Source of the DNA: Escherichia coli
GTDB lineage: Bacteria > Pseudomonadota > Gammaproteobacteria > Enterobacterales > Enterobacteriaceae
Length of the DNA: 64,000 nucleotides
Reading direction: 5' to 3' (one strand)
Assembly (NCBI RefSeq): GCF_003334305.1
Contig: NZ_QOWS01000016.1
Below, piece by piece: positions 44,667 to 56,334 of this stretch (the first letter of the stretch is position 1; every line of letters begins with the position of its first letter). The notes beneath the pieces are model-generated. The model did not search any database. It was not told the origin of the DNA and worked only from the letters and a program-made list of their open reading frames with translations. The position numbers and the translations under genes are program-made.

Positions 44667-45398
44667 TTACTTCTGGAACCATTTGTTGTAGATGGTTTCG
44701 TAAGTGCCATCTTTCTTCACTTTTTCCAGCGCAGTGTTGAGTTTCTGCTGCAGCTCAGTGTTGCCCTGACGTACCGCGATGCCGAGGCCAGTGCCGAAGT
44801 AATCTTTATCGGTCACTTTGTCGCCCACCGCCGCCAGTTTCGGGTTATCTTTCAGCCACTCAGTGACCACTGCGGTGTCACCGAAGACGCCGTCGATACG
44901 CCCGTTTTGCAGATCCAGTTTTGCGTTCTGGTAGCTGTCATACGGAACGGTAGTGATTTCCGGGTGCTTATCCATAATGAATTTCTGGTGTGTCGTCCCG
45001 TTCTGTACGCCGACTTTTTTGCCTTTCAGCTGATCAACACTGGTGTATTTGCCTTGCTGACCCACAAACAGGGCAGAGTTGTCATAGTACGGGGTGGTAA
45101 ACAGCACCTGCTTTTCACGCTCCGGAGTGATATCCATGCCCGCCATCACGGCTTCTACGCGACGGAATTTCAGGCTTGGGATCAGGCTGTCAAACGCCTG
45201 GTTAGAGAAAGTGCAGGTTGCATCAATCTCTTTACACAGCGCTTGTGCCAGGTCGACGTCAAAACCAACGATCTGGTTGTTTGCATCAATCGATTCAAAC
45301 GGAGGATAGGATGCTTCGGTAGCAAAACGAATGGTTTCGGCAGCTGTGGCGGAAAGACTAAAACCTGCAATTAACGCGGCAATCAGAACTTTTTTCAT
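44667..45398 (-). CDS. artI: Arginine ABC transporter periplasmic binding protein ArtI (paralog of ArtJ)
   Basis: 243 aa with signal peptide; high identity to ArtJ visible by eye. Confidence 0.9.
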   Translation of the reverse strand: MKKVLIAALIAGFSLSATAAETIRFATEASYPPFESIDANNQIVGFDVDLAQALCKEIDATCTFSNQAFDSLIPSLKFRRVEAVMAGMDITPEREKQVLFTTPYYDNSALFVGQQGKYTSVDQLKGKKVGVQNGTTHQKFIMDKHPEITTVPYDSYQNAKLDLQNGRIDGVFGDTAVVTEWLKDNPKLAAVGDKVTDKDYFGTGLGIAVRQGNTELQQKLNTALEKVKKDGTYETIYNKWFQK

Positions 45399-45415
45399 TG
45401 TTGTTATCCCGAATC

Positions 45416-46144
45416 TTAGTGAGAGAGATAGTTTTTAAATGCTTCGGTTTGCGGCTCGGTAAAGCAGCTCGCGTCGCCTTGTTCTACGATATGACCATTT
45501 TCCATATACACCACTCGGCTGGCGGTTTTACGCGCCACTTCAACTTCGTGGGTGACGATCACCTGGGTAATATTCGTTTCTGCCAGCTCACGAATGATGC
45601 TGACGATTTGTGCCGTAATTTCCGGGTCCAGTGCGGCGGTCGGTTCATCGAACAGCAGTACCTGCGGTTCCATCATCAACGCACGGGCAATAGCAACACG
45701 CTGCTGCTGACCACCAGAAAGATGCAGCGGGTAACGATCGCTATAAGGTTTGAGACGCAGACGTTCCAGCAGTTTTTCTGCACGGGCCAGCGCCAGATCT
45801 TTACTCAACCCCAGTACACGGCAGGGCGCTTCAATCAGGTTTTGCTGCACGGTCAGATGCGGCCACAGGTTGTATTGCTGAAACACCATGCCAACGTTAC
45901 GACGCAAATCGCGAATCGCTTTGTCAGAGGCTGTTTTGGTGAAATCGAAATGGTTGCCTGCAATGTTGAGCGTACCGGAGCGCGGCATCTCAAGCAGATT
46001 GAGTACACGCAGCAGCGAGCTTTTACCCGCGCCGCTGGGGCCAAGTAACACCAGCGTTTCGCCCTGTGGGCAATCCAGCGTGATATCGAACAGCGCCTGA
46101 TGCGCGCCGTAGAAGCAATTAATGCCGTTTAATTGAATACTCAT
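45416..46144 (-). CDS. artP: Arginine ABC transporter ATP-binding subunit
   Basis: ATG 46144 gives 242 aa starting [13 protein letters not shown]; Walker [10 protein letters not shown], signature LSGGQQQR. Confidence 0.9.
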   Translation of the reverse strand: MSIQLNGINCFYGAHQALFDITLDCPQGETLVLLGPSGAGKSSLLRVLNLLEMPRSGTLNIAGNHFDFTKTASDKAIRDLRRNVGMVFQQYNLWPHLTVQQNLIEAPCRVLGLSKDLALARAEKLLERLRLKPYSDRYPLHLSGGQQQRVAIARALMMEPQVLLFDEPTAALDPEITAQIVSIIRELAETNITQVIVTHEVEVARKTASRVVYMENGHIVEQGDASCFTEPQTEAFKNYLSH

Positions 46145-46361
46145 TGACACTCGTATACTGGCAGTCTGATAGCTATTGAGGTCGAAGATAGTACCTTTGA
46201 CAGAATAATTATGCAATATTTCTGCTTTAAAAGTTAAAAGCAAAGCGCATTATTCAATAAACATAGCACAAAATAACGGGGGCGGTGGTCGGCGAGCATA
46301 AATGTCGGCATTCCTCACGAAATGCCGGACAATTTACGGGGTTTATTGGTTGATCAAGGCG

Positions 46362-46877
46362 TTAGCGATTCTCGATGGACTGACGGAGCGTACCCGCCGT
46401 GGCATGAACGCTGCCGCCTAAATAGCGTACATCGTCGATCACCCAACACTGGCCTTCCTGAATCATTAACACTTCATCCTGCCAGCTCTGATCACCCTGT
46501 TTTAGATCCACACGCAGAGGAATATTTCGCGCATCACGATTCGGGATTGTTGAGGCACTGGCAACACGGGCGCTCTCTGGCAAGGTTGTGCGACTGGAGA
46601 ATGGATCGTTGGTCAGTAGTTCCCGATGGTTATTATCCCGGGAGGCATCGCTAAGCAGTGTCGCCAGTTTGTCGCTCAGATAAGGGCGCAAGGCGGTGAT
46701 GTCGTTGCTGCGGTGCAAAATGCGGTAGTCATAAAATTGCTGGGCCACGTTATCCGGGCCTCCTTCAACGCAAGGACCACTGCGTGTGCCGTTATCTTTA
46801 TAAGCTGGAGTGACTGTGGTGCAGGCACTGAGGAGCAGTGCGCAGGGGATAAGCATTGTCAATTTGCTGTAGCGCAT
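46362..46877 (-). CDS. ybjP: Lipoprotein YbjP
   Basis: 171 aa; lipoprotein signal with lipobox LSAC. Confidence 0.8.
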   Translation of the reverse strand: MRYSKLTMLIPCALLLSACTTVTPAYKDNGTRSGPCVEGGPDNVAQQFYDYRILHRSNDITALRPYLSDKLATLLSDASRDNNHRELLTNDPFSSRTTLPESARVASASTIPNRDARNIPLRVDLKQGDQSWQDEVLMIQEGQCWVIDDVRYLGGSVHATAGTLRQSIENR

Positions 46878-47002
46878 AATGATTTCCTTATAAGCGATCG
46901 CTCTGAAAGCGTTCTACGATAATAATGATATCCTTTCAATAATAGCGTATCAGTCTGATAATGCTTTAGAGATCGAAGGCTTAACAAACAAGGAGATCGA
47001 TC

Positions 47003-47326
47003 ATGCAATTTTCTACAACCCCAACTCTGGAAGGCCAGATCATCGTTGAATATTGCGGTGTGGTGACCGGCGAAGCGATTTTAGGTGCCAATATTTTCCG
47101 TGATTTCTTTGCTGGTATCCGCGATATCGTTGGCGGACGCTCCGGTGCGTATGAAAAAGAACTGCGCAAAGCGCGGGAGATCGCCTTTGAGGAACTTGGC
47201 TCCCAGGCCCGGGCGCTGGGGGCCGATGCCGTCGTCGGTATTGATATCGACTACGAAACGGTCGGGCAAAACGGCAGTATGCTGATGGTTAGCGTCAGCG
47301 GTACGGCGGTGAAAACGCGTCGATGA
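47003..47326 (+). CDS. ybjQ: UPF0145-family protein YbjQ
   Basis: 107 aa; matches YbjQ N-terminus [12 protein letters not shown]. Confidence 0.8.
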   Translation: MQFSTTPTLEGQIIVEYCGVVTGEAILGANIFRDFFAGIRDIVGGRSGAYEKELRKAREIAFEELGSQARALGADAVVGIDIDYETVGQNGSMLMVSVSGTAVKTRR

Positions 47327-48153
47327 GAAGAGTCTTCTGGCTGATCGCTGCCGCTCTGTTACTGGCAGGGTGTGCAGGCGAAAAAGGCATTGTCGAGAAA
47401 GAGGGATATCAGCTTGATACCCGACGCCAGGCGCAGGCGGCGTATCCGCGCATTAGAGTGCTGGTGATCCACTACACCGCAGATGATTTTGATAGCTCGC
47501 TGGCGACACTGACCGATAAGCAGGTCAGCTCGCATTATCTGGTCCCTGCGGTACCACCGCGATACAACGGTAAACCGCGCATCTGGCAACTGGTGCCGGA
47601 ACAAGAACTGGCCTGGCATGCGGGGATTAGCGCCTGGCGCGGGGCAACGCGCCTTAACGACACCTCTATTGGCATTGAGCTGGAAAACCGTGGCTGGCAA
47701 AAATCGGCCGGAGTGAAATATTTTGCCCCGTTTGAACCGGCACAGATTCAGGCGCTTATTCCACTGGCGAAAGATATTATTGCCCGTTATCACATCAAGC
47801 CGGAAAACGTAGTGGCACATGCGGATATCGCACCGCAGCGCAAAGACGATCCGGGGCCATTATTTCCCTGGCAGCAACTGGCGCAGCAGGGGATTGGTGC
47901 CTGGCCGGATGCGCAGCGGGTTAACTTTTACCTTGCCGGGCGCGCGCCGCACACACCGGTAGATACCGCGTCATTGCTGGAGCTTTTGGCGCGCTACGGT
48001 TATGACGTTAAACCTGATATGACACCGCGCGAGCAGCGGCGCGTGATTATGGCATTCCAGATGCATTTCCGCCCGACGTTATATAACGGCGAAGCGGATG
48101 CAGAAACTCAGGCGATTGCCGAAGCATTGCTGGAGAAATACGGGCAGGATTAG
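47323..48153 (+). CDS. amiD: N-acetylmuramoyl-L-alanine amidase AmiD (lipoprotein)
   Basis: 276 aa; lipobox LAGC; start overlaps the ybjQ stop. Confidence 0.9.
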   Translation: MRRVFWLIAAALLLAGCAGEKGIVEKEGYQLDTRRQAQAAYPRIRVLVIHYTADDFDSSLATLTDKQVSSHYLVPAVPPRYNGKPRIWQLVPEQELAWHAGISAWRGATRLNDTSIGIELENRGWQKSAGVKYFAPFEPAQIQALIPLAKDIIARYHIKPENVVAHADIAPQRKDDPGPLFPWQQLAQQGIGAWPDAQRVNFYLAGRAPHTPVDTASLLELLARYGYDVKPDMTPREQRRVIMAFQMHFRPTLYNGEADAETQAIAEALLEKYGQD

Positions 48154-49163
48154 CGCGGCAGTTTTCCGTGGTCGCGTAGCCAGGCGGCAGTTTTCTCGAT
48201 ACCTTCATCCAGGGTGATGACCGGCTGATAACCTAACTCTTCCTGCGCACGCGTAATATCCAGCGTAAAGTCAAAATTCAACTTGGAGACGCCGTAGTGG
48301 GTCAGCGGCGGCTCTTTTGCTGACTTGCGGCCTAAACGCTCCATGCTGCGGGCGATCATATCCAGCATCGGGTAGGGGACGGAACGAATACGACAGTCAA
48401 TATTCAACTCGTCGATCAGCTTCTGCACGATGCTGCGCAGTGTGCGATGCTCGCCGTTGGTGATGTTGTACACACGCCCGGAAGGTAGCTTATCGCAGGC
48501 TTCCTGGCTTGCCAGCCACATTGCGTGCACGGCATTTTCATAGTAGGTCATATCGACCAGCGCACTGCCGCCATGCGGTAACAGAATACTGCCGTAGTGG
48601 TGCATCATATGCGCCAGACGGGGAATAAAGACTTTATCGTGCGGTCCGAACAGACTTTGTGGGCGCAGAATAGTAAAGCGCGTTTGTGGATTCGCCTGCG
48701 AAAGCATATTGATCACTTCTTCGCTGGCTGCTTTGCTGCGGGCAAACTCGTTGGCGAAGCGGTGAGGGCGAAAATCTTCTTTAATATCGCGATGGTGGTG
48801 ATAATCGAAGTACAGGGAGGGGGAAGAGATATGAATAAAGTTACGCACACCCCAGGCGACAGCCCATTCACCCAGGCGGCGAGTGGCGCGAACGTTAGCC
48901 AGATCGAAAGCCTGTTGTGTCCCCCAGGGTGAGGTAAAGCTGGAGCAGTGCCACAGCGTATCAATGCCCGCGAGCATCACTTTAGCTTGTGATGAAACCA
49001 GCTCGGTCAGATCCGCCGGAACAAACTCTGCGCCCATTTTTTCCAGCAATTTGCCCATTGCCTCGTTGCGACCGGTCGCTCGCACGCTGATGCCTTTCTG
49101 GCATAAAAACTCTACCGCGTTTCGACCTAAGCCGCTGGTGGCGCCGGTAACCAGTACCTTCAT
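48150..49163 (-). CDS. ybjS: NAD(P)-dependent epimerase/dehydratase-family protein
   Basis: ATG 49163 gives 337 aa starting [17 protein letters not shown] (Rossmann motif). Confidence 0.8.
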   Translation of the reverse strand: MKVLVTGATSGLGRNAVEFLCQKGISVRATGRNEAMGKLLEKMGAEFVPADLTELVSSQAKVMLAGIDTLWHCSSFTSPWGTQQAFDLANVRATRRLGEWAVAWGVRNFIHISSPSLYFDYHHHRDIKEDFRPHRFANEFARSKAASEEVINMLSQANPQTRFTILRPQSLFGPHDKVFIPRLAHMMHHYGSILLPHGGSALVDMTYYENAVHAMWLASQEACDKLPSGRVYNITNGEHRTLRSIVQKLIDELNIDCRIRSVPYPMLDMIARSMERLGRKSAKEPPLTHYGVSKLNFDFTLDITRAQEELGYQPVITLDEGIEKTAAWLRDHGKLPR

Positions 49164-49261
49164 ATCAATCCACTGTTGTTGAGAAAATAACGTGCGCATT
49201 CTTCCGTGATTTCCCCCATGATGCAATGGGAAACATGAAAGAATAACGCAGGTTTTGTCGA

Positions 49262-50692
49262 TTAATCTGTGCTTTGTTCTGCCAGTCTGGCGATTTGTTT
49301 TGCCATTCCGCGAAAAATAAACAGATGCGCGGGGATCATCAATAACCAGTAAAACAGCCCCGGCATACCGTGCGGATGCCAGAAAGCGCGGACATCGATA
49401 GTACGATAGTCGCCTTTATCTTCCAGGCTAAAACACAGTCGTCCCAGCCCCGGCGCTTTCATGCCAAATAACAACGTAAGTTGTTTTTCCGGTTCAACGA
49501 CAATCACTTTCCAGCTATCTACCGCATCGCCAGTCTGTAAATATTCGCGCTCCGGGCGGCCTTTCGCCAGCTTATGACCGATCGCGCGGTCCATCAACGC
49601 CCGTGTCTGCCACAAAATATTGCCAAAGAAATAACGCTCTTTACCGCCGATTTGGTTCACTACCTGCCATAAAGCAGCAAGGCTGGCGGACGTTTTAACG
49701 GTAAACCCCGCCTGTTTGGCAAAATAACCGTACTCCGGTCGCCAGCGGGCAAAGGCCTGAGCGTCGTAGCCCCAGTCGCTGGAGTTGACCAGTTTTTCCT
49801 CCTCTTTCAACGTGCTACGTACCGCGTCATCGAAAGCGATCAGCCGTTGTGGGATGAGTGCACGTAGCGCGGTATCATCCGCCAGCAGATCGTGTTTCAG
49901 CCCCTGAATCAACGCCCTGGCGGTGGTGGGCGGTACGGAAGTAATCACATTGAGAAACCACACCGAAATCCAGCGGGTGGGGAGGGGGATGGGGATCAAC
50001 CAGCGGCGCTTACCGCTCACCGCCATAAAATGTTCAAACTGTTGCTGATAACTGAGCACCTCTGGTCCGGCGGCTTCGAAGATGCGGTGTTCGCTGGCCG
50101 GATGATCTAACAACGCCACCAGATAGTGCAGCAAGTTTTCCAGCGCGATGGGCGTGGTGCGTGAACGTACCCAGCGTGGCGGCGTTAACACTGGCAGGTT
50201 GTAGACCATATCGCGCATGACTTCGAACGCCGCTGAACCTGCGCCAACGATAATTCCGGCCCGAAGTTCGGTCACAGGTACATTCGATTCACGAAGAATG
50301 TCCGCCGTAGCCTGACGAGCACGCAGATGATCCGACTGCTCATGTGGCGGGGCCTGCAACGAACTGAGAAAGATTAATTGCTTAACTGGTACTTCACGTA
50401 GCGCATCGCGGACGTTGAGAGCCACCTGGCGCTCCTGAGCGATAAAATCGCCGCCTTCGCCCATGCTGTGCACCAGAAAATAGACGGTATCGATATCCTG
50501 CAACAGGGCCGAAAGGTTATCCGGCCAGCTGAGATCGACTTTATGGCAACTGACGTTTGCCAGTTGCAGCTTTGCAAGCCTGTCGACATGACGTGCCGCC
50601 GCCAGGATCTGATGCCCTTGCTGGCTGAGTGTGCGCACCAGATGCTGACCAATGTAGCCACTGGCACCGAGAACTAAAATGCGTTGCGGCAC
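49262..50692 (-). CDS. ybjT: NAD(P)-binding SDR-like protein with extra C-terminal domain
   Basis: GTG 50692 gives 476 aa starting (M)[18 protein letters not shown]. Confidence 0.8.
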   Translation of the reverse strand: MPQRILVLGASGYIGQHLVRTLSQQGHQILAAARHVDRLAKLQLANVSCHKVDLSWPDNLSALLQDIDTVYFLVHSMGEGGDFIAQERQVALNVRDALREVPVKQLIFLSSLQAPPHEQSDHLRARQATADILRESNVPVTELRAGIIVGAGSAAFEVMRDMVYNLPVLTPPRWVRSRTTPIALENLLHYLVALLDHPASEHRIFEAAGPEVLSYQQQFEHFMAVSGKRRWLIPIPLPTRWISVWFLNVITSVPPTTARALIQGLKHDLLADDTALRALIPQRLIAFDDAVRSTLKEEEKLVNSSDWGYDAQAFARWRPEYGYFAKQAGFTVKTSASLAALWQVVNQIGGKERYFFGNILWQTRALMDRAIGHKLAKGRPEREYLQTGDAVDSWKVIVVEPEKQLTLLFGMKAPGLGRLCFSLEDKGDYRTIDVRAFWHPHGMPGLFYWLLMIPAHLFIFRGMAKQIARLAEQSTD

Positions 50693-50702
50693 GTCTCTCT
50701 CC

Positions 50703-51704
50703 TTAACGCGCCAGGAATGCGCGCCAGTGGGCGGCGACTTCCGCCAGTTGTTCGCGCGAGACGTCAAGATGCGTCACCAGGCGGACAATCGGCGAGGCGT
50801 TAATCAGCACGTTTCTCGCTTTCATGTATTCGCCTAACGCGGCAGCATTTTCTTCCCCGACGCGAACAAACAGCATATTAGTGTCCTGACGCATCACATC
50901 CGCGCCTGCTTCACGCAGTTGCTCCGCCATCCAGGCGGCGTTGTCGTGATCTTCCTGCAACCGTGCGACGTTATTTTTCAGGGCATACATCCCGGCGGCA
51001 GCCAGAATCCCGGACTGACGCATCCCGCCACCGGCCATTTTCCGCCAGCGGATGGCACGTTTAATGTAATCACGATTACCGACGAGTAATGAACCGACTG
51101 GCGTCCCAAGACCTTTCGACAGGCAAATGGTGAACGAATCACAATATTGCGTGATCTCTTTCAGTTCGCAGCCGTAAGCCACCACGGCATTAAAGATGCG
51201 CGCACCGTCAACATGCAGCGCCAGATTGCGCTCGCGGGTAAATTCCCATGCTTCTTTCAGGTATTCACGCGGCAGCACTTTGCCGTTGTGGGTGTTTTCC
51301 AGACTGAGTAATTTGGTGCGGGCGAAATGGATATCGTCGGGTTTGATTTTCATCGCCACTTTATCCAGCGGTAGCGTGCCGTCGGCAGCCGCGTCGATGG
51401 GTTGCGGCTGAATACTGCCCAGCACCGCTGCGCCACCGGCTTCAAACAGATAGTTATGCGCGGCCTGACCGACAATATACTCTTCGCCACGTTCGCAGTG
51501 ACTGAGCAGAGCGACCAGGTTGGCCTGAGTGCCGGTAGGCAGAAAAATGGCGGCTTCTTTACCGGAAAGCTCTGCTGCATAGTCCTGCAGAGCATGAACG
51601 GTAGGGTCGTCTCCGTAAACGTCGTCCCCAACCGGGGCGGCCATCATCGCTTCGAGCATGGCGCGGCTCGGTCGGGTAACGGTATCACTGCGTAAATCAA
51701 TCAT
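50703..51704 (-). CDS. ltaE: Low-specificity L-threonine aldolase (PLP-dependent)
   Basis: 333 aa; matches LtaE N-terminus [12 protein letters not shown]. Confidence 0.9.
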   Translation of the reverse strand: MIDLRSDTVTRPSRAMLEAMMAAPVGDDVYGDDPTVHALQDYAAELSGKEAAIFLPTGTQANLVALLSHCERGEEYIVGQAAHNYLFEAGGAAVLGSIQPQPIDAAADGTLPLDKVAMKIKPDDIHFARTKLLSLENTHNGKVLPREYLKEAWEFTRERNLALHVDGARIFNAVVAYGCELKEITQYCDSFTICLSKGLGTPVGSLLVGNRDYIKRAIRWRKMAGGGMRQSGILAAAGMYALKNNVARLQEDHDNAAWMAEQLREAGADVMRQDTNMLFVRVGEENAAALGEYMKARNVLINASPIVRLVTHLDVSREQLAEVAAHWRAFLAR

Positions 51705-51740
51705 GGCATGTCCTTATTATGACGGGAAATGCCACCCTTT

Positions 51741-53459
51741 TTACCTTAGCCAGTTCGTTTTCGCCAGTTCGATCACTTCATCGCCGCGTCCGCTGATAAT
51801 TGCGCGCAACATATACAGGCTAAAACCTTTGGCCTGTTCGAGTTTGATCTGCGGTGGAATGGCTAACTCTTCTTTGGCGACCACCACATCCACCAACACC
51901 GGACCGTCGATAGAGAAGGCGCGTTGCAGGGCTTCATCAACTTCAGACGCTTTTTCTACACGGATACCCGTAATGCCGCACGCTTCGGCAATGCGGGCAA
52001 AGTTTGTGTCGTGTAGTTCGGTGCCGTCAGTCAAATAGCCACCAGCTTTCATCTCCATCGCCACAAAGCCCAGCACGCTGTTGTTAAAGACGACAATTTT
52101 CACTGGCAGTTTCATCTGCACTACTGAGAGGAAATCGCCCATCAACATGCTAAAACCGCCATCGCCGCACATGGCGACCACCTGACGTTCTGGCTCTGTC
52201 GCCTGCGCACCCAGCGCCTGCGGCATGGCGTTAGCCATCGAACCGTGGTTAAACGAACCTAACAGGCGACGCTTGCCGTTCATTTTCAGATAACGTGCCG
52301 CCCATACCGTTGGCGTGCCGACGTCACAGGTAAAGATGGCGTCATCGGCGGCAAAATGACTAATTTGCTGCGCCAGATATTGCGGGTGAATGGCTTTCTC
52401 GCTCGGTTTAGCTAAATCGTCCAGCCCTTTGCGGGCATCGCGGTAATCTTCCAGCGCTTTATCCAGAAACTTGCGATCGGTTTTTTCTTCCACCAGTGGC
52501 AGCAATGCACGCAGAGTCGACTTGATATCGCCGACCAGTGCCATATCCACCTTGCTGTGAGCGCCGATGCTGGCTGGGTTGATATCAATCTGAATGATTT
52601 TGGCATCGGTCGGGTAGAAGGCGCGGTAGGGAAATTGCGTGCCGAGTAGCACTAACGTGTCGGCGTTCATCATGGTATGGAAACCTGACGAGAAGCCGAT
52701 TAACCCGGTCATTCCAACATCATACGGATTATCGTATTCGACATGTTCTTTACCGCGCAGGGCATGAACAATAGGCGCTTTAATTTTCCCGGCAAACTCA
52801 ACTAACTCTTTATGCGCCCCCGCGCAGCCGCTGCCACACATCAGGGCGATATTGCTGGAATAACGCAGCAGTTGCGCCAGTTTGCGTAACTCTTCTTCTT
52901 CCGGCGTCACGACTGGTTGTGGCGCATGATACCAGTGCGTGGTTGCCCCTTCTGGCGCAGGTTTTAACGCCACGTCGCCTGGTAACACGACAACCGAAAC
53001 GCCACGGTTAAGCACCGCTTTGCGCATGGCAATCGCCAGTACTTGTGGGATCTGCTCCGGGCTGGAAACCAGCTCGCAATAGTGACTACATTCGCGGAAT
53101 AGCTCTTGTGGGTGGGTTTCCTGGAAATAGCCGCTGCCAATTTCGCTGGAGGGAATATGAGCGGCAATCGCCAGTACCGGAACGTGATTGCGGTGGCAAT
53201 CGAACAGGCCGTTGATTAAGTGCAGGTTGCCGGGGCCGCACGATCCGGCGCAGACCGCCAGTTCTCCGCTAAGTTGTGCTTCAGCGCCAGCGGCAAAGGC
53301 CGCCACTTCTTCGTGGCGGGTGGACATCCACTCGATGGTGCCCATGCGATTAAGACTGTCACTAAGACCGTTCAGAGAGTCGCCTGTGACTCCCCAGATG
53401 CGTTTCACCCCTGCCGATTCGAGTGTTTTGGCGATATAAGCTGCAACCGTTTGTTTCAT
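51741..53459 (-). CDS. poxB: Pyruvate oxidase (ubiquinone), TPP/FAD-dependent
   Basis: 572 aa; matches PoxB N-terminus [32 protein letters not shown]. Confidence 0.9.
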   Translation of the reverse strand: MKQTVAAYIAKTLESAGVKRIWGVTGDSLNGLSDSLNRMGTIEWMSTRHEEVAAFAAGAEAQLSGELAVCAGSCGPGNLHLINGLFDCHRNHVPVLAIAAHIPSSEIGSGYFQETHPQELFRECSHYCELVSSPEQIPQVLAIAMRKAVLNRGVSVVVLPGDVALKPAPEGATTHWYHAPQPVVTPEEEELRKLAQLLRYSSNIALMCGSGCAGAHKELVEFAGKIKAPIVHALRGKEHVEYDNPYDVGMTGLIGFSSGFHTMMNADTLVLLGTQFPYRAFYPTDAKIIQIDINPASIGAHSKVDMALVGDIKSTLRALLPLVEEKTDRKFLDKALEDYRDARKGLDDLAKPSEKAIHPQYLAQQISHFAADDAIFTCDVGTPTVWAARYLKMNGKRRLLGSFNHGSMANAMPQALGAQATEPERQVVAMCGDGGFSMLMGDFLSVVQMKLPVKIVVFNNSVLGFVAMEMKAGGYLTDGTELHDTNFARIAEACGITGIRVEKASEVDEALQRAFSIDGPVLVDVVVAKEELAIPPQIKLEQAKGFSLYMLRAIISGRGDEVIELAKTNWLR

Positions 53460-53556
53460 GGTTCTCCATCTCCTGAATGTGATAACGGTAACAAGTTTAG
53501 TTCATCTGACGGAGGGGGAAGGGATGGGAGAGAAAGGAGGCACTAACGGTTAAATA

Positions 53557-53582
53557 GCCCGATGAAAGGAATATCATCGGGC
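53557..53582 (-). terminator. Candidate terminator hairpin downstream of hcr
   Basis: GCCCGATGA-loop-TCATCGGGC perfect 9-bp inverted repeat between the hcr stop and the poxB promoter region. Confidence 0.4.
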
Positions 53583-53591
53583 ATAAGGCGA

Positions 53592-54560
53592 TTATGCGAG
53601 AACCAAATCCCCCTGCGGATGGCAGGAGCAGGCCAGTACGTAACCTTCAGCGATTTCGGCGTCGGTCAGCGTCATTGTACTGCTCACCGTATATTCACCG
53701 GAAACCACTTTTGTCTTACAGCAGCCGCAAACACCCGCACGGCAGGCAGCGACAACCGGAACGTTATTGCTTTCCAGCGCCTCCAGTAGCGTGGTGCCAA
53801 CCGGGGCGTAAAATTCTCGTGCCGGTTGCAGTTTGGTGAATTTCAGACCGCTGGTCGCCGCTTCTGCTACTGGGGTGAAGAATTTCTCTTTAAAGAAACG
53901 CGTCACGCCGAGCGCTTTCACTTCCTGCTCTACCCAATCCATATACGGAGCCGGGCCGCAGGTCATCACGGTACGTGAAGCTAAGTCAGGTACACCTGCC
54001 AGCAGTTCGCGAGTGAGACGACCAGCGATAAAGCCTTCGGTAACGTTATTTTCTGCCACCAGCGTTACCGGATAGTTACGCCACTCATCGGCGAAAATAA
54101 CATCCTGCGGCGTACGCACGTTGTAGATCACCCGCACATCGGCCTGTGGACGGTTCTTCGCAAGCCAGCGACGCATCGACATAATCGGCGTGACGCCGCA
54201 GCCTGCCGCCAGCAACAGGAATTTATCTTCTGCTTTATCGTCGCAGGTAAATTCCCCCATCGCGTCCGAAAGCCAGAGATAATCACCGCGTTTTACATCG
54301 CGCGTCAGCCACTGGGAGCCGACACCGTCATCAATCCGCCGCACGGTCAGGGTGATATATTCACTCACGCCTGGCGTGGAGGAAATGGTGTAAGCACGCA
54401 GCGTTTCCGCTGAGTTTCGCACGCTGACCAGTGCATATTGCCCGGCGCGATATGGGTAGTAATCGTGGCAAATCAGGGAAATCGTCCACACATCCGGCGT
54501 TTCTTGCGTAATGTGATGAACCTGCATCCGCCACGGGCATTGATTCGTTGGCATCGTCAT
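53592..54560 (-). CDS. hcr: NADH oxidoreductase for hybrid-cluster protein (FAD/[2Fe-2S])
   Basis: ATG 54560 gives 322 aa; C-terminal CRAGVCGCC 2Fe-2S ferredoxin motif. Confidence 0.9.
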   Translation of the reverse strand: MTMPTNQCPWRMQVHHITQETPDVWTISLICHDYYPYRAGQYALVSVRNSAETLRAYTISSTPGVSEYITLTVRRIDDGVGSQWLTRDVKRGDYLWLSDAMGEFTCDDKAEDKFLLLAAGCGVTPIMSMRRWLAKNRPQADVRVIYNVRTPQDVIFADEWRNYPVTLVAENNVTEGFIAGRLTRELLAGVPDLASRTVMTCGPAPYMDWVEQEVKALGVTRFFKEKFFTPVAEAATSGLKFTKLQPAREFYAPVGTTLLEALESNNVPVVAACRAGVCGCCKTKVVSGEYTVSSTMTLTDAEIAEGYVLACSCHPQGDLVLA

Positions 54561-54571
54561 CGACAAACTCC

Positions 54572-56224
54572 TTACGCGCTCAACAGTTGCTTCATGTCTT
54601 CTTCAACAGTGGTGATAGAACGCAGGCCAAATTTCTCGTTCAGCACCGCCAGCAGGTCTGGTGTCAGGAAACCAGGTGCAGTCGGGCCGGTGACGATATT
54701 TTTCACGCCCAGAGAAAGCAGCGTCAGCAGAATGACGATCGCTTTCTGTTCAAACCAGGAGAGCACCAGCGACAGCGGCAGATCGTTGACACCGCAGCCC
54801 AGTTTCTCTGCCAGAGTGACAGCCAGAATAATCGCTGAGTAAGCATCGTTACATTGACCTGCATCTACCAGACGCGGCAGACCTTCGATATCGCCAAACT
54901 CAAGTTTGTTAAAGCGATATTTACCACAGGCCAGGGTCAGGATCAGGCAGTCATCCGGCACGCTGGTGGCGAAATCGGTGAAGTAGTGGCGCTCGCCGCG
55001 TGCGCCGTCACAGCCACCAAGCAGGAAGATATGACGCAGTTTTTCACGGCTCACCAGATCAATCAGCGTATCCGCTGCGCCAAGCAGCGTCTGGCGGCCA
55101 AAGCCCACGGTGATCAGGTGCGGAATTTCGCTGTACGGGAAGCCCGCCATTTGTTGCGCCTGGGCGATGACCGCAGAAAAATCTTCGCCATCCAGATGAC
55201 GCACACCCGGCCAGCCAACGATGCTGCGGGTCCAGATACGATCGTCATAAGCGCCTACGGTTGGGTCGATGATGCAGTTCGAGGTCATCACGATGGGGCC
55301 AGGGAAACGAGCGAACTCTACTTGCTGATTCTGCCAGCCGCTGCCGTAGTTACCGACCAGATGCTTGAATTTACGCAGCTCCGGGTAGCCATGCGCAGGC
55401 AGCATTTCGCCGTGGGTGTAGACATTAACGCCCGTGCCTTCGGTCTGTTCCAGCAGGTTGTAGAGATCTTTGAGATCGTGACCGGAAATCAGAATGCATT
55501 TACCCGCCGTCGCTTTGACGTTGACCTGGGTTGGCGTCGGGTGACCGTATTTACCGGTTTCGCCTGCATCCAGAATGCTCATCACTTTGAAGTTCATCTG
55601 GCCGATTTCCATTGAACACTCAAGAAGCGCGTTCATATCGGCAGGCCAGGTCCCCAGCCACGCCATGATTTTATGGTACTGGGCATAAATATCGTTGTCG
55701 TATTGACCGAGAACATGCGCGTGTTCCATATAGGCCGCCGCACCTTTCAGGCCATACAGGCACAGCAGACGCAGGCCGAGAATGTTTTCGCCAATCGCCG
55801 CTTTATCTTTGTTAGGGGTAAATTCTGCTGCCTGACGTTGCAGCTCGCCGAGATCGTCGCTCACCAGTTGCAGGTCAGCCATCGGGTTATCGACGCGCGC
55901 GTTGGCATCTACAGCCAGGCATTGCGCTTTCAGCGCCTCGCGCAGGGCAATCGCTTCACGAGCGTAGCCGACAATACGCGGAGAATCGAAGTTAACGTTG
56001 GTCAGGGTTGAGAAAAAGGCACGTGGCGCGAAGCTGTCAACATCGTGGTTGATGATGCCGTATTCACGCGCTTTTACCGCCCAGGCAGAAAGCCCTTGCA
56101 GCGCCGCGATGAGTAAATCCTGAAGGTCAGAAGTTTCCGCCGTTTTACCACACATCCCCTGCGCGTATGAGCAGCCGTTTCCTGCCGGAGTACGGATAGT
56201 TTGTTCACATTGCACACAAAACAT
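54572..56224 (-). CDS. hcp: Hybrid-cluster protein (hydroxylamine reductase / NO-related)
   Basis: ATG 56224 gives 550 aa starting MFCVQCEQT with N-terminal Cys cluster. Confidence 0.9.
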   Translation of the reverse strand: MFCVQCEQTIRTPAGNGCSYAQGMCGKTAETSDLQDLLIAALQGLSAWAVKAREYGIINHDVDSFAPRAFFSTLTNVNFDSPRIVGYAREAIALREALKAQCLAVDANARVDNPMADLQLVSDDLGELQRQAAEFTPNKDKAAIGENILGLRLLCLYGLKGAAAYMEHAHVLGQYDNDIYAQYHKIMAWLGTWPADMNALLECSMEIGQMNFKVMSILDAGETGKYGHPTPTQVNVKATAGKCILISGHDLKDLYNLLEQTEGTGVNVYTHGEMLPAHGYPELRKFKHLVGNYGSGWQNQQVEFARFPGPIVMTSNCIIDPTVGAYDDRIWTRSIVGWPGVRHLDGEDFSAVIAQAQQMAGFPYSEIPHLITVGFGRQTLLGAADTLIDLVSREKLRHIFLLGGCDGARGERHYFTDFATSVPDDCLILTLACGKYRFNKLEFGDIEGLPRLVDAGQCNDAYSAIILAVTLAEKLGCGVNDLPLSLVLSWFEQKAIVILLTLLSLGVKNIVTGPTAPGFLTPDLLAVLNEKFGLRSITTVEEDMKQLLSA

Positions 56225-56237
56225 GATCACACCTTTT

Positions 56238-56261
56238 AAAGTTATATTTAATATACATGTT
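56238..56261 (-). promoter_or_regulatory. AT-rich near-palindrome overlapping the hcp promoter; possible NsrR site
   Basis: Minus-strand AACATGTATATTAAATATAACTT is an imperfect dyad just upstream of hcp. Confidence 0.3.
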
Positions 56262-56320
56262 TAAGGTTAAGACGCTTAACGCGGGGATAAAAGGGATTTT
56301 TCATGCAACTTTAAGGGAGA

Positions 56321-56334
56321 TTGATTTAGCGCAA
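56321..56334 (-). promoter_or_regulatory. Candidate FNR box upstream of hcp
   Basis: TTGATTTAGCGCAA (minus-strand TTGCGCTAAATCAA) matches the FNR consensus TTGAT-N4-ATCAA in one full half-site and part of the other, about 100 bp upstream of hcp. Confidence 0.45.

Noticed and set aside
45398-46048. 216-aa plus-strand ORF antisense to artP
   Set aside because: Shadow ORF fully inside artP; composition Arg/Cys-rich and atypical.
46290-46335. Hairpin-like sequence (TGTCGGCATT...AATGCCGGACA) downstream of ybjP as a terminator
   Set aside because: The inverted repeat is imperfect and lacks a clear U-run; it may instead be part of the artP promoter region, so it was not called.
54854-55615. 253-aa plus-strand ORF antisense to hcp
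   Set aside because: Shadow ORF inside hcp; no recognisable motifs and no ribosome-binding site context.
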